Of a DNA stretch of 64,000 bases, positions 9,056 to 19,488 are shown in pieces. Within the stretch, counting starts at the first letter, position 1. Each line of letters begins with the position of its first letter. The DNA comes from an uncultured Acidobacteriota bacterium. Its GTDB lineage: Bacteria; Acidobacteriota; Blastocatellia; RBC074. Both the position numbers and the translations under genes were made by a program. Where the stretch lies: contig CAWCKY010000001.1 of the NCBI GenBank assembly GCA_963796275.1, forward strand, positions 1,216,001-1,280,000. Reading direction: 5' to 3'. The notes beneath the pieces were generated by a model, which saw only the letters and a list, made by a program, of their open reading frames with translations, did not search any database and was not told the origin of the DNA.

Positions 9056-10408
9056 TTACATCCTCTCCCGTACAGCTTTTATGCTTCCAAGCATGCCGAG
9101 AAGAATAATGAGCAATAGGGAAATGCCTGCTGCAGGCATCAGTACGCCCAGCAGGCATATCAACGCGATCAGCCATTTGGCCGGGTTGAATCCTTTTGGT
9201 TTATATGGAAAACCGGTTTTGCCTTTGGGCCGGCGAATCCACCACATTGCACCACCCGTCACGCTCATTGCTACGATCAACACACAGACGATCACGGCCA
9301 GAATCTTGGTCGCCGTGCCGTAGATCGATCCGATGTGGATTGAGTAGGCTGAGAGCTGCAATTTGGCTGCGGCCGAGAGCTGCCGCCATCGGACTGAATC
9401 CAGCACGGCACCTGAATACTGATCGATATGAAGAATCGTGACCGTTGACGGACTGTCGTAACTTCCCGCATAAACCGTGATGCTATTCTCGGCCGTGTGC
9501 GGGAAATCGATGTAAATCTCTTTTTCGCTTTGCTCCCGCCGCGTTAAGGCGATGATTTCATCGACCTTCACGCGGGCATCGCCGTCTTTCTTGATCGATT
9601 TTGGCGGATTGAGATAGCTCGGCGGATAGGATTTCGTCATATCAGCCATCATCTGATAGCCGCGTGCGAATAGAACCGTGAAAAAGAGGCCGGTCACCAG
9701 TACCAGGAAGGCGAGGAGTGAGAGATAGAAGCCGGGGACCGTGTGCCAGTCGCGCCAGATGACATAACTCTTTCCGCGCAATCGCGGCAGCCAGACGCCG
9801 CGCGTCTGATTGCCGCCGCGGGGCCACCACAGATAAACGCCCGTGATAATCAGGATGATGCCCCAGCTTGTTGCCAGTTCGACGATGATTCTGCCAGTCG
9901 TTCCGGCCAGCAGAGTGCGGTGGATATTGAGGATGACGCCGAAAAGTGAACTGTCATACGCGAGCTGCCCGAGCACGTTGCCCGTATGCTGATTGACGAA
10001 TACCCATGTAAAGCTTTCATGCGCAGTCTCGGCGATGATGGCTGTTGCGCGCGTGGGATCGTCTGAAACGGACACACCATGCACCGTTGCGCCAGAGGGA
10101 AGGGCAGCGGTCGCGGTTGTTAGCTGTTCGTCATATGAAAATGTTTGCGGCTGCGGCTCGACAAACATCAGATGCGGATAGATCACCCGTTCCAGCTCTT
10201 CTTTGAAAACATATAGCCCCCCGGTTAGGGAAACAGCTAGGAGCACGGGCAATACGATCAATCCCGCATAGAAATGCCAGCGCCAGATGACTCGGTAAAG
10301 ACGAGGCTCTTGCCTTCCATTGGTGATGATCTCGTCATGAGCAGCATCAGCCGTAGCCGGTTTAAAATGCTCTTCTGCCACGCTCGTGGTGTTCATCTCT
10401 AGACTCAT
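9056..10408 (-). CDS. PepSY-associated TM helix (iron-regulated membrane) protein
   Basis: WRWHFYAGL, IHRTLL, WRDWHTVPG and IHIGSIYG His motifs; directly downstream of a TonB receptor; start placed at MSLEM. Confidence 0.9.
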   Translation of the reverse strand: MSLEMNTTSVAEEHFKPATADAAHDEIITNGRQEPRLYRVIWRWHFYAGLIVLPVLLAVSLTGGLYVFKEELERVIYPHLMFVEPQPQTFSYDEQLTTATAALPSGATVHGVSVSDDPTRATAIIAETAHESFTWVFVNQHTGNVLGQLAYDSSLFGVILNIHRTLLAGTTGRIIVELATSWGIILIITGVYLWWPRGGNQTRGVWLPRLRGKSYVIWRDWHTVPGFYLSLLAFLVLVTGLFFTVLFARGYQMMADMTKSYPPSYLNPPKSIKKDGDARVKVDEIIALTRREQSEKEIYIDFPHTAENSITVYAGSYDSPSTVTILHIDQYSGAVLDSVRWRQLSAAAKLQLSAYSIHIGSIYGTATKILAVIVCVLIVAMSVTGGAMWWIRRPKGKTGFPYKPKGFNPAKWLIALICLLGVLMPAAGISLLLIILLGMLGSIKAVRERM

Positions 10409-10418
10409 AGATGTTTTG

Positions 10419-12755
10419 TTAGAAACGGTAACTGATGTTCGCTGTAATGGCCCGGCGCAAACCATAGAAACAGTCGCCCCGCGCCAGGCAAGTTGTGACG
10501 TGCACTCTATCGGTCAGGTTGGCGACATTGATCGCCAGTCGCCAGGTTCGAAAATCATAGGATAACATTGCATCGAAGAGGGTATAGGAAGGGGTTTTCA
10601 GTAGGTCGTTCCCATCCCATGATGTGCCGGTGAAGCGCACGCCGCCACCAGCGGTAAGGCTTCGTGAGTCGCCGATGCGGAAGATGCGCGTCGCCCACAG
10701 CGATGCGACGTGCGCCGGCGATGTCGGCAGCCTCTTTCCGAGGTCCGGACCGTTGCTCTTCGAGACGCGCGCATTTGTGAAGGAATAAGACGACAGCAGA
10801 TTCACTCTTCGGAAAACGGTGGCGTTGGCCTCGAGTTCGATCCCGCGCGTACGAGCTTCTCCGATCTGCAGGCTGTTGAGCGGATTGGTCGGATCAGGCG
10901 TGAGCCGGTTCTGTTGCCGCATATCGAAGAGAGCAAGACTTACCAGACCATTCCCGCTTCGCGGCTGGTACCGGACGCCGACCTCTACCTGCTTGCCACG
11001 CAGCGGCTTGTAGGGATTGTTATTGAAGTCGAGGCCCGTCACTGGTTGAAACGACTGCGAATAGTTAACGTAGGGAGAGATTCCGAGACTTGATAGGTAG
11101 ACGAATCCTGCCCGTCCCGTCACAGCTTGATCGTTCTGCCGCCCGGGGGTTACGCCCGCGGATTCGAAGCTGGCCCAGTCCTTGCGTATACCCATCGACA
11201 ATACCCACTGCTCGCGTATTTTGAGCTGGTCGTTGGCATAGATGCCGGTCTGATTCTGTCGTGTGTCGGGTAAGGCGTTCAGAGTTGGATAAGTGTAATT
11301 ACCGTAAACTGGAGTATAGACATCGAGCGCAGGCTCGTCGCTATACCCTTCGAAACCGGTGATCGTCGCCTTCTGATAATCCACCCCGGATAAAAACAGA
11401 TGTTGAAAAGGGCCCGTGCGCCAGCGTTTTTCCATCTGAGTATCAAACGCAAGGCTATTGAGCTCCTGCTTACTTACATAGAGTGTACGGTTGATACTCC
11501 GCTGGTCGTCGTTGAAAGCCGGAATCGGAGCGAATCGGGTATAGAACTCCTGAATGCTTCCGCGGCCGTTAGCGTAATTCAGGTTTTGCCGCACCGAGCA
11601 CCTGTCACTCAATCTGTGTTCGAAGAGATAGCTGATCGCGTTTTGTCTGGTGCTGTACTCATCGATGTCGGGTTCGCCTATGAACGTGTTGGTCGGAATC
11701 TGTCCGTAGACGTGCGGCAAAACCGTACCCTGCCAGGGGAAGAAACCGATCGATGAGCCGCCCTCGTCCTGTTGGAAATTGGTGAGAACGGTCAGCCGGG
11801 TTGCCTTTCCCGGCTTCCAGGTCAGCGATGGCGCGAGCAGCAGACGATCGTCCGGCACATAGTCCACCTGCGTGTTGCTGTCGCGACCGAGGGCGATTAT
11901 GCGATAGAGCCATTTTTCGTCGGTATCGATCGATCCGGTGAAATCGAACGCAGCCTGTTTGCGACCGTAGCTGCCCAGTTGCAGGCTGACTTCCCGGTGT
12001 GAGGTGGCAAGCGGTTTTTTTGAAACCAGATTGACGACCCCATTGAAACTGCCCTGACCATATAGTACCGAAGATGGTCCCCGTAGAACTTCGATCTGCT
12101 CGATGGAAAACGGGTCAGGCCGCGTATTGTTATTGTAGCCATACAACATGCGGATGCCGTTGAGATATTGTCCCCATTCCTCACCGCCGCGGATTGTCGC
12201 CCAATCGCCGCGGCTGTCGAGACCGTATGCTTCCGTGCGCACTCCCGCTGTGTAACGCAGCGCCTCCTGCAGAGTGAGGGGAGATTGGGCCACGAGATTT
12301 TCACGAGTAACAACCGAGGTTGCCTGCGGCGTCTCGACCAGCGGAATGTCTGTCTTCGAAGCCGTGGTAGGGATCTCTCTGATTTTCCCGACCACCTGGA
12401 CTGATTCTGTCATTCCGGGGGGGGCGAGGGCGATCTGCAGATCGAGCGTCTGGCCGGCCGCGAGCGTAATCTCCCGTGACTTCTCGGAGAGGCCGGCGCT
12501 CCGTACTATGACTCGATACGAACCGGGATCGAGATTTTCGATGTGAAAGTTCCCTTCGGCATCGGTCGCCGCCATCTTTTCACGGCCCGATGCAACTTCG
12601 CGCAGAATGATGGTAGCGCCAGCCAAAACAGATTGGGCTGTATCCGTTACTCTCCCCGTCAGCGTTGCAGTAGATTGGGCACGGACGAATAGTGTAATAA
12701 ATACACAACAGAGCAGACCCGCGGCAGTCCGCAGAAACATATTCCTTTTGGTCAT
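10419..12755 (-). CDS. TonB-dependent siderophore receptor (FhuA-like) with N-terminal carboxypeptidase-like domain
   Basis: ETPQATSVVT, IEVLRGPSSVLYG, C-terminal SYRF; signal peptide. Confidence 0.92.
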   Translation of the reverse strand: MTKRNMFLRTAAGLLCCVFITLFVRAQSTATLTGRVTDTAQSVLAGATIILREVASGREKMAATDAEGNFHIENLDPGSYRVIVRSAGLSEKSREITLAAGQTLDLQIALAPPGMTESVQVVGKIREIPTTASKTDIPLVETPQATSVVTRENLVAQSPLTLQEALRYTAGVRTEAYGLDSRGDWATIRGGEEWGQYLNGIRMLYGYNNNTRPDPFSIEQIEVLRGPSSVLYGQGSFNGVVNLVSKKPLATSHREVSLQLGSYGRKQAAFDFTGSIDTDEKWLYRIIALGRDSNTQVDYVPDDRLLLAPSLTWKPGKATRLTVLTNFQQDEGGSSIGFFPWQGTVLPHVYGQIPTNTFIGEPDIDEYSTRQNAISYLFEHRLSDRCSVRQNLNYANGRGSIQEFYTRFAPIPAFNDDQRSINRTLYVSKQELNSLAFDTQMEKRWRTGPFQHLFLSGVDYQKATITGFEGYSDEPALDVYTPVYGNYTYPTLNALPDTRQNQTGIYANDQLKIREQWVLSMGIRKDWASFESAGVTPGRQNDQAVTGRAGFVYLSSLGISPYVNYSQSFQPVTGLDFNNNPYKPLRGKQVEVGVRYQPRSGNGLVSLALFDMRQQNRLTPDPTNPLNSLQIGEARTRGIELEANATVFRRVNLLSSYSFTNARVSKSNGPDLGKRLPTSPAHVASLWATRIFRIGDSRSLTAGGGVRFTGTSWDGNDLLKTPSYTLFDAMLSYDFRTWRLAINVANLTDRVHVTTCLARGDCFYGLRRAITANISYRF

Positions 12756-12885
12756 TCGTTTTCCGTTATACGGCTGCTTGTGAGAGCAACCCAAGGTTTG
12801 TCATTTCATAGGCGGTGTGGCAGGATGACCCTCGCACACTGCCCGCGATGTTGCCAGAACAGACCGGTTCAGTTGTTGCAATATG

Positions 12886-12916
12886 AGCCTCCGGCGTGCC
12901 GCGCCGGGGGCTTTTT
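12886..12916 (+). terminator. Rho-independent terminator-like hairpin
   Basis: AGCCTCCGGCG-tgccg-CGCCGGGGGCT followed by a T run. Confidence 0.5.
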
Positions 12917-13077
12917 CCTGATACCTTTTCTCAATTTTTATAGAGCTAGTGAGTTACCCAGCTCGATGACCCCACGTTATTCTTACCCCGCACCTACCTC
13001 TCCGGGATAAATATCCGGTAATAAATTTCTTTGAAAACTAGATGTCATGAGATCTAAATAGATAAGTTAGCTGAAGT

Positions 13078-13092
13078 TGAAAATCATTTTCA
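13078..13092. promoter_or_regulatory. Fur-box-like operator
   Basis: Perfect 7-1-7 inverted repeat TGAAAAT-C-ATTTTCA, close to the Fur consensus TGATAATnATTATCA, between the siderophore receptor and the divergent gene. Confidence 0.65.
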
Positions 13093-13216
13093 GCTCGCTG
13101 CGATATTATAGACAGCATAAAGGCGTGTCAAGCATTTACTTGCTGCCAGTAACTGTCGCGCATACAATGGCAAAGATGAGGCAGTATCTGTAAAAAATAA
13201 TCTGGAAAAAAATTGG

Positions 13217-15901
13217 ATGAAGAGTGATTTCGATCTAGCAATTATCGGTTCTGGGTTTTCCGGTTCGCTGATGGCGATGATTGCGCGGCGCACGGGTCGA
13301 TCGGTCATTCTGTTGGATCACGGCGGGCATCCGCGATTCGCCATTGGGGAGTCGACCTCGCCGCTAATGAATCTGATCATCGAGCAATTGGCTGATCGCT
13401 ACGACCTGCCGCGACTGAAACCGCTCGCCACCTGGGGGGAGTGGCAGCGCACCTATCCGCAACTTGTTGGGGGGCTTAAACGCGGGTCCACCTTCTTCAA
13501 ACACGAATCGGGCACACCCTATCGGACAGCTCCGGATCATTCGAATCAATTACTTATATCAGCCAACCCGAACGATGAGGCCGCCGACACCCACTGGCTA
13601 CGCTCTGATGTTGATTATTTTCTGTTGCAGGAAGCCATTTCATGCGGAGCGGAATATCTTGATCAAACACGACTGAACTCCCTCGAATGGGCGGGTAGCG
13701 ACGGGGCAAACGGGGCAAACGGAGCAATCGGGGCAAACGGAGCAATACTTCGTGGTGAACGGCGCGGACGAGCTGTTAATCTGCGCGCGCGTTTTATTGT
13801 CGATGCCAGCGGCCCGCGCGGATTCTTGAGCAGGGCGCTCAATCTGAAGGAGCGGGCTTTTGCTGATTTTCCGGCGACCCAGGCGCTCTATTCACATTTC
13901 ATTGGCGTCCATCGATGTGAGGGGATGCCGGATTACGAAGTCGAAATAGATCCGCCGTACCCGATGGATGATTCGGCCGTACATCATGTTTTTGACGGTG
14001 GTTGGATGTGGGTTTTGCGTTTCAACAACGGAGTGACCAGCGCTGGGATCGCCGTAACCGAAGATATGGCGAGAGAGTTGAAACTGGCGGAGGGTGAAGC
14101 CGCTTGGCAGCGATTCCTTGCGCGATTCCCCTCGATCGCCGAGCAGTTTGCCGGCGCGCGAGCGATTCGAGAATTCACCTGGATGCCCCATCTGACGTAT
14201 CGTTCCGAGCTGGCTGCCGGGGACGGCTGGGCTTTGCTTCCGTCGGCCGCGGCATTCATCGATCCGCTTTTCGGTCCGGGGATGCCGATGTCGGTGCTCG
14301 GCATCGAAAGGCTCGGCCGGTTACTGGAGCATGACATCGCGGATTGTGAGGTTAATGACAGACTACGCGAATATAGCCGGGTGACGCTTATGGAAGCCGA
14401 TCATACGGCTGATTTCGTTGCTGGCTGCTATGCCGCGTTCCCGCATTTTGAACTCTTTACATCACTCTCGATGGTTTATTTTGCGGCCGCCAGCTTCTGT
14501 GAAATGGCCCGCAGATTGGGACGAAACCATCTAGCGCAGCGTTTTCTGGCCGTGGACCGACCGGCCTTTGCTAATGCTTCTGGCAGCCTGAGTCAAATTT
14601 TGCGTCACAACGAATGCCTTGACTCGATCCTATTTGCCGCTCAGGTGAAACAGAATATCGATACGCTGAACATAGCCGGGCTTTGCGATCAACGCAAACG
14701 AAACTGGTACGATGTGGATATTGAAAATATGATCCGATGCGCCGATAAGCTGGAGGTTACGTCAGATGAGATGGGAAGATTTTTGCGGAGCGCGAATTGG
14801 GCGCAAAAAGCCGTCCAACTTCATCAGGATCACACGAAGCAGCTGATTCAATCGGGGCAACTGCGCCAACGTTCGATCCGGCTATCCCATAATCTTTCCC
14901 GGGATGAAGCAGAATCTGGTGGCGATATGGTTGGATCCTGCCCGGCATTTCAGCTGATGCTCGAAGACGCCTTGAACGTTGCTCCTACCGATGTCACTGT
15001 TCTCCTGCGCGGAGAAACGGGGACGGGCAAGGAGCTGCTCGCCTACGCGATTCACCAGCACAGTTTACGCAGGCTCGGCCCATTCGTCATCGTCAATTGC
15101 GCGGCGTTGCCGCCTTCGTTGATAGAAAGCGAACTGTTCGGGTACGAGAAAGGCGCTTTCACCGGTGCGTCGCTGCGAAAGCCCGGGCGGTTCGAACTGG
15201 CGGATGGGGGAACCATCTTTTTGGATGAGATCGGTGAAGTGCCGCTGGAGATACAGGGAAGATTCTTGCGCGTGCTGCAGACCGGCGTTTTCGAGCGATT
15301 GGGGAGCACGAAGAGCGTCCGCGTCAAGGTCCGTATAATCGCTGCGACCAATCAGCCGCTCGAGCAACTCGTCAATGAGCGAAAGTTCCGCTCCGATCTT
15401 TTTTACCGTCTCAACGTCTTTCCGATCACACTGCCTCCGCTGCGCGAGCGATCAGCCGATATCCCACTGCTAGTTCGGCATTTCGTCGATAAATACAATG
15501 CGCGGTTCAAACGTTCGATAACATCGATCAGCAAACAGTCGCTCCACGCCTTGGAACAGTATGGCTGGCCCGGCAATGTGCGGGAGCTGGAACATCTGGT
15601 GGAGCGCGCCGTCCTCTCCGCTAAAGGTGAGATATTGAAAGTCGCACCACCCGCGATCTGCCTCGAACCTGCTTTACCGGTTAATGAAAGAGACACCCAG
15701 TTGGCCGAACCTGGTGTTTCGGCGCGGCCCGCAACCCTTACTGAGAACGAGTTGGCCCACATTCGAATGGTTTTGCGCCGCACTGGCGGCCGCATTTCGG
15801 GGCCGCAGGGAGCCGCTTCGATTCTCGGCATCCCGCCATCAACGCTTCGCAGTCGAATCAAAAAGCTGGGATTGAAAATCAATCCGGACGGCGCAAATTG
15901 A
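13217..15901 (+). CDS. Fusion protein: PrnC-like flavin-dependent halogenase domain + sigma54-interacting AAA+ domain + Fis-type HTH
   Basis: GSGFSG, IGEST, LKRG, HHVFDGGWMWVLRF and FIDPLF, then GETGTGKE, ESELFG.EKGAFTGA, FLDEIGE, WPGNVREL and a C-terminal HTH, all in one frame. Confidence 0.88.
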   Translation: MKSDFDLAIIGSGFSGSLMAMIARRTGRSVILLDHGGHPRFAIGESTSPLMNLIIEQLADRYDLPRLKPLATWGEWQRTYPQLVGGLKRGSTFFKHESGTPYRTAPDHSNQLLISANPNDEAADTHWLRSDVDYFLLQEAISCGAEYLDQTRLNSLEWAGSDGANGANGAIGANGAILRGERRGRAVNLRARFIVDASGPRGFLSRALNLKERAFADFPATQALYSHFIGVHRCEGMPDYEVEIDPPYPMDDSAVHHVFDGGWMWVLRFNNGVTSAGIAVTEDMARELKLAEGEAAWQRFLARFPSIAEQFAGARAIREFTWMPHLTYRSELAAGDGWALLPSAAAFIDPLFGPGMPMSVLGIERLGRLLEHDIADCEVNDRLREYSRVTLMEADHTADFVAGCYAAFPHFELFTSLSMVYFAAASFCEMARRLGRNHLAQRFLAVDRPAFANASGSLSQILRHNECLDSILFAAQVKQNIDTLNIAGLCDQRKRNWYDVDIENMIRCADKLEVTSDEMGRFLRSANWAQKAVQLHQDHTKQLIQSGQLRQRSIRLSHNLSRDEAESGGDMVGSCPAFQLMLEDALNVAPTDVTVLLRGETGTGKELLAYAIHQHSLRRLGPFVIVNCAALPPSLIESELFGYEKGAFTGASLRKPGRFELADGGTIFLDEIGEVPLEIQGRFLRVLQTGVFERLGSTKSVRVKVRIIAATNQPLEQLVNERKFRSDLFYRLNVFPITLPPLRERSADIPLLVRHFVDKYNARFKRSITSISKQSLHALEQYGWPGNVRELEHLVERAVLSAKGEILKVAPPAICLEPALPVNERDTQLAEPGVSARPATLTENELAHIRMVLRRTGGRISGPQGAASILGIPPSTLRSRIKKLGLKINPDGAN
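13703..13747 (+). repeat. In-frame 9-bp tandem repeat x5 (GAN/GAI)
   Basis: GGGGCAAAC GGGGCAAAC GGAGCAATC GGGGCAAAC GGAGCAATA. Confidence 0.8.
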
Positions 15902-16831
15902 TCAATACTCTACCAGAGGATCGACGACAGCCAGCCCAGCTCTTTCCTTTATAACCGAAAGGTGAGGCAGGAGCGCTTCCTCCAACTCTCCGCTAGTCAC
16001 CGTCGTGGCGCAATGATCAGTTGCGAGCTGTTTCCAGGGCGGCTTCTCACCATAGACGTACTCTCCGAAGACGAGCACCGGTGTTCCGTATCCGACGATC
16101 TGGCGACGATCTGAGGAAAGTTTCCACTCGTCTGCCCAGCCATAAAACCATGCTGCGTCATCGGCGAGCAGCCGGATGCAGGAATGGCTGGCAGGATATC
16201 CGGGAAGCTCATATTCGTGAATAGAAATGCCCTTCGCGTTGTCGAGGTTGAAGTACCAGCGGAGAAGCCACGCCGAGTTGACCGTACTACGGGTCGCCTT
16301 CGATCTCCAGTTCGTGTGATAAAGGCCCGCAGGAGTAGGCGTCGACTTCTTTCCTGTGCTGGTTGGCCCCCACCGCACGAGGCGCCCGAACTCATAGGCG
16401 CCGAAGGCCTGGACGCGCCGCGAAACCAAGAGCAGCCTGGGCGTGTCTCGCGCCTGCTCGACCTCAGATGGGAAAGGCGAGAGATTGACCAGATTGCTGA
16501 CAGACTCTGGTATCAGAAGTGTATCACCCTTTCGGATGTGTCCGGCATCGACCCGGTTCAGTTTGAGAACCGCCGCCATGGTTTCCTCGCCGATTTCAGC
16601 CTTGATCTGCGTAAGGGATTTCGCACCTTTAACAGCATAAGTGCGATAACTGATAGGATTGTTCTCGGGCATTTCGGGCACGAGCCTTGGATCGGAGCTG
16701 AGTCCCGTGGTTGGGGGATCATCGATCGTGATAGCCTCAAGATATCTGGGCGGCACCGTCATCGTGGTAATGAGCAGGAATGCACAGATGAGCCCGAGAG
16801 GCAATGTGCGCGGGATAAAAGTTGTTTTCAT
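15902..16831 (-). CDS. L,D-transpeptidase (YkuD family)
   Basis: TPAG motif and ISIHEY..PGYPASHSCIRL catalytic motif; LysM-like segment; N-terminal signal/TM. Confidence 0.88.
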   Translation of the reverse strand: MKTTFIPRTLPLGLICAFLLITTMTVPPRYLEAITIDDPPTTGLSSDPRLVPEMPENNPISYRTYAVKGAKSLTQIKAEIGEETMAAVLKLNRVDAGHIRKGDTLLIPESVSNLVNLSPFPSEVEQARDTPRLLLVSRRVQAFGAYEFGRLVRWGPTSTGKKSTPTPAGLYHTNWRSKATRSTVNSAWLLRWYFNLDNAKGISIHEYELPGYPASHSCIRLLADDAAWFYGWADEWKLSSDRRQIVGYGTPVLVFGEYVYGEKPPWKQLATDHCATTVTSGELEEALLPHLSVIKERAGLAVVDPLVEY

Positions 16832-16940
16832 CGTAATGAATCCTCCTTGTCCCGCGGATACTATTCGGATCGTGGTTTCTGCAGTAGGACTCTCGCCACA
16901 TTAAATAAATGTGGAATGCCGCCTGAAGCTGAGGCGGGGA

Positions 16941-17373
16941 TCACACAGTTTTGGGTTGAGGGTTCCCCGGTGCGTTTGGTACCGCTGGGAGATCTACTCC
17001 GTGCGCCCAAACCAATTTCCACTTCTCCTGATGCTTTACGAACACATCTACGAATGCCGCTGCGCTTATTTCCTCTTTACCTTCATCATTTAGCGTCCTG
17101 GCCTTCTGCGTTCCGCTCATTACGACCACGTCTGAAAATACGTTCGCCTTCATATCCTCGGACCAGACAGAGAGGATACTCAACGGGTAGTGACTCAATG
17201 GCAGCAAGAAACTCTGGCCTTGAGCGATCGCCTTCCATCGGATTTCTATAGATAAAATTATCCGACAAAATTTGATCCAGCTTGTTTGTGTCTTTACCCT
17301 TTATAGCAGCGAAGATATCGGTCTCAATTCGGAATATTTCGTTTTCAATCGACCCATCATGTTCTTGATTCAT
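16941..17373 (-). pseudogene. NTF2-like (DUF4440) protein, frameshifted
   Basis: ORFs 17086..17373 and 16941..17207 join into one NTF2-like protein if one base near 17179 (GAG-T-ATC) is removed. Confidence 0.7.
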
Positions 17374-17702
17374 AGCTCTTTCTCCTACCTGCTCTGGAAT
17401 CTGACTCCGTGCCTGCTATACCTTGATTGAACACCTAATGGAATCTGTGGAACAAAATAACCCCATATCACGGCTATCACAAGTAGCGCGGCAAAACAGG
17501 TCCGACGATAGTCGAGCTGGACATAAAAGTATCCGCCGACGAGGCGCTCAAAACTGGGCACCTCGCGGCGGTGAATATGTCATTGAGAATATTTCTGACG
17601 ACAGGCTGAGATATCCGCTCAAAGAACTGTCCCGAACATTATAGAAAGAGCCGGATCAGCCGAAGAGGACTCGTAATCTGAGCCGCTAGTTTAAAAGGAT
17701 GT

Positions 17703-19100
17703 TCAACCTCTCCGGATCAATTTCATTCTCCCGCTGGCACCTTTACCGTTTTGCAGTGTGTGTGACCAGGGGCCTTCGAACTGATCGTTGGTCAATTTCA
17801 CATATCCTTCAATAACCCCGCCTTTACCGTCCACCGCCTTGATGATGAACTTTTCGCCATCAAATCTCGGTTCGATCAGCGCTAATTCACTTCCCCCACC
17901 CCCAGGGGATAAAATTTTGCCAGTGAGACGATCTCCGTCGGTGTTGACGATCAGCACTGGACCTTGAGCGCCATCACCTTCTTCGTATCCATTCCCTTTA
18001 TCCAGGGCCACGTCCCACTCGCCGATGATTTTTTCGTTGGGCGACTTTTTTGAGTTATGTTCTTTGCTGCTCTGCTCGATATCGAGTGAGAAGACGGCGG
18101 CGAGGGCACTCGACGCTGTCAAAACCGAAAAAACGGCAGCCAATATAAGAGTTTTACTTCTCTTGCTCACGTGTGGTCTTCGTTCGATCAGTTTCATAAT
18201 GCGTTCCTCCAGAATGTCGGCTTCGAATACGCCGAGAGTGTATGCGGGCTGGTTTACAACCATCGCGGAATCGGCCAACTGCAGCAATGAGCGGGCGTAG
18301 GCCGGCGCATCGAGCAACCTGTCAGTCACCAACTCATCACAAGCCAATTCACGCGTCTCTTTGATTCGTCGTTTGATGAAAATGACTGCCGGGTGAAATG
18401 CAAGCAGTATGCTCAGTAGTTCGTAAATCAGGTTGAAAGTGAAGTCGCGTCGTTTGATATGCGCCATTTCGTGCCCGATCGCCGCGGACAATAGTTCGGG
18501 CGCATCGGAATCGAGCAGAGCCTCAGGCAGAACGATGCACCGTCTCCCGACTGTAAACGGAACGGCGATTTCAGCGGAGAAGAGAAGCGTGACGCCCTTT
18601 AATCCAAACTCTCTCTGGCATTGATCCTTGATCAGTGCGAGCCGTTCGGATATCTCGCGTTCGTTCGAGGCTGCCAGCAGAGCATTCGTCTTTCTCCCGG
18701 CGCGCCATAGCTTGATTCCGTAAAACAGCAACGAGAGCCAATAACAAGCCAACGCCAGCGCGGCGAGGGTCGGCGGCGGGGAGACCGTTCTCAAGCCCGT
18801 GCGAAAATAATCGCTCAGATCGAACGGTGATAGAGTGGGATTTGAATGGCCGCTTGCCACTCGACTTGAGATCGCCCTCCCCAGGGCGGAGCCTTGTACA
18901 TCACCGCTGAGGACCCCAGATGCGCCGAGCAGCGGAATCAGCACGCAAAGTGTCAGCGCCGCAACCCATAAGAAATGGCGTTGGCGCGCCGGGGCATTCC
19001 GCATCAACCGGTCGCAACCAAGCGCCGCAGCCGTGATCACCAGTGGTTGCCACAGGGCGTTGCCGAGAAAAGTCAGGAACCACTGATTAATCGTCTCCAT
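17703..19100 (-). CDS. BlaR1/MecR1-like M56 family metallopeptidase
   Basis: HEMAHIKRRD, RELACDELV, ILEERIMKL; multiple TMs; downstream of BlaI. Confidence 0.9.
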   Translation of the reverse strand: METINQWFLTFLGNALWQPLVITAAALGCDRLMRNAPARQRHFLWVAALTLCVLIPLLGASGVLSGDVQGSALGRAISSRVASGHSNPTLSPFDLSDYFRTGLRTVSPPPTLAALALACYWLSLLFYGIKLWRAGRKTNALLAASNEREISERLALIKDQCQREFGLKGVTLLFSAEIAVPFTVGRRCIVLPEALLDSDAPELLSAAIGHEMAHIKRRDFTFNLIYELLSILLAFHPAVIFIKRRIKETRELACDELVTDRLLDAPAYARSLLQLADSAMVVNQPAYTLGVFEADILEERIMKLIERRPHVSKRSKTLILAAVFSVLTASSALAAVFSLDIEQSSKEHNSKKSPNEKIIGEWDVALDKGNGYEEGDGAQGPVLIVNTDGDRLTGKILSPGGGGSELALIEPRFDGEKFIIKAVDGKGGVIEGYVKLTNDQFEGPWSHTLQNGKGASGRMKLIRRG

Positions 19101-19479
19101 CGCGTGCCTCCTTGGCCTCCAGCATTCGTTGAAGCCGGGCCAGTTTCTCCGGCGTCAATTGGCGCGACTCGACCAGACTCATCACCAGGCTCTCCGCCGA
19201 TCCCCCAAACAACCGGTCGATCAGGTCTTTGGCCGCGCTCCCGGCCACCTGATCGCGCTTCACTGCCGGACGGTAGTAATATGCCCGGTCTTTGAGCGTT
19301 CGCCTGGCCTTTTTCTTCCGCACCAATACGTTGAGCATCGTTTGTACCGTTGTATAAGCCAGCTCCCTTCCCAGCCGCTGCTGCACGGTCTGTACCGTCG
19401 CAGGGCTGGTCTCCCACAACACATTCATGATTTCGGTCTCGAGCGGCGTCAGCCGGTCGCTCTTTTTTCTAGGTGCCAT
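19087..19479 (-). CDS. BlaI/MecI/CopY family transcriptional repressor
   Basis: LTPLETEIMNVLW, LAYTTVQTML, DRLFGGSAESLV. Confidence 0.93.
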   Translation of the reverse strand: MAPRKKSDRLTPLETEIMNVLWETSPATVQTVQQRLGRELAYTTVQTMLNVLVRKKKARRTLKDRAYYYRPAVKRDQVAGSAAKDLIDRLFGGSAESLVMSLVESRQLTPEKLARLQRMLEAKEARDGDD

Positions 19480-19488
19480 TGAAAATCA

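Noticed and set aside
12887-12901. sigma54 promoter for the siderophore receptor (CGGCACGCCGGAGGC)
   Set aside because: Lacks the TT of the -12 element and lies within a hairpin
16184-17251. 355-aa + strand ORF
   Set aside because: Antisense shadow of the L,D-transpeptidase and NTF2-like genes; no recognisable motifs
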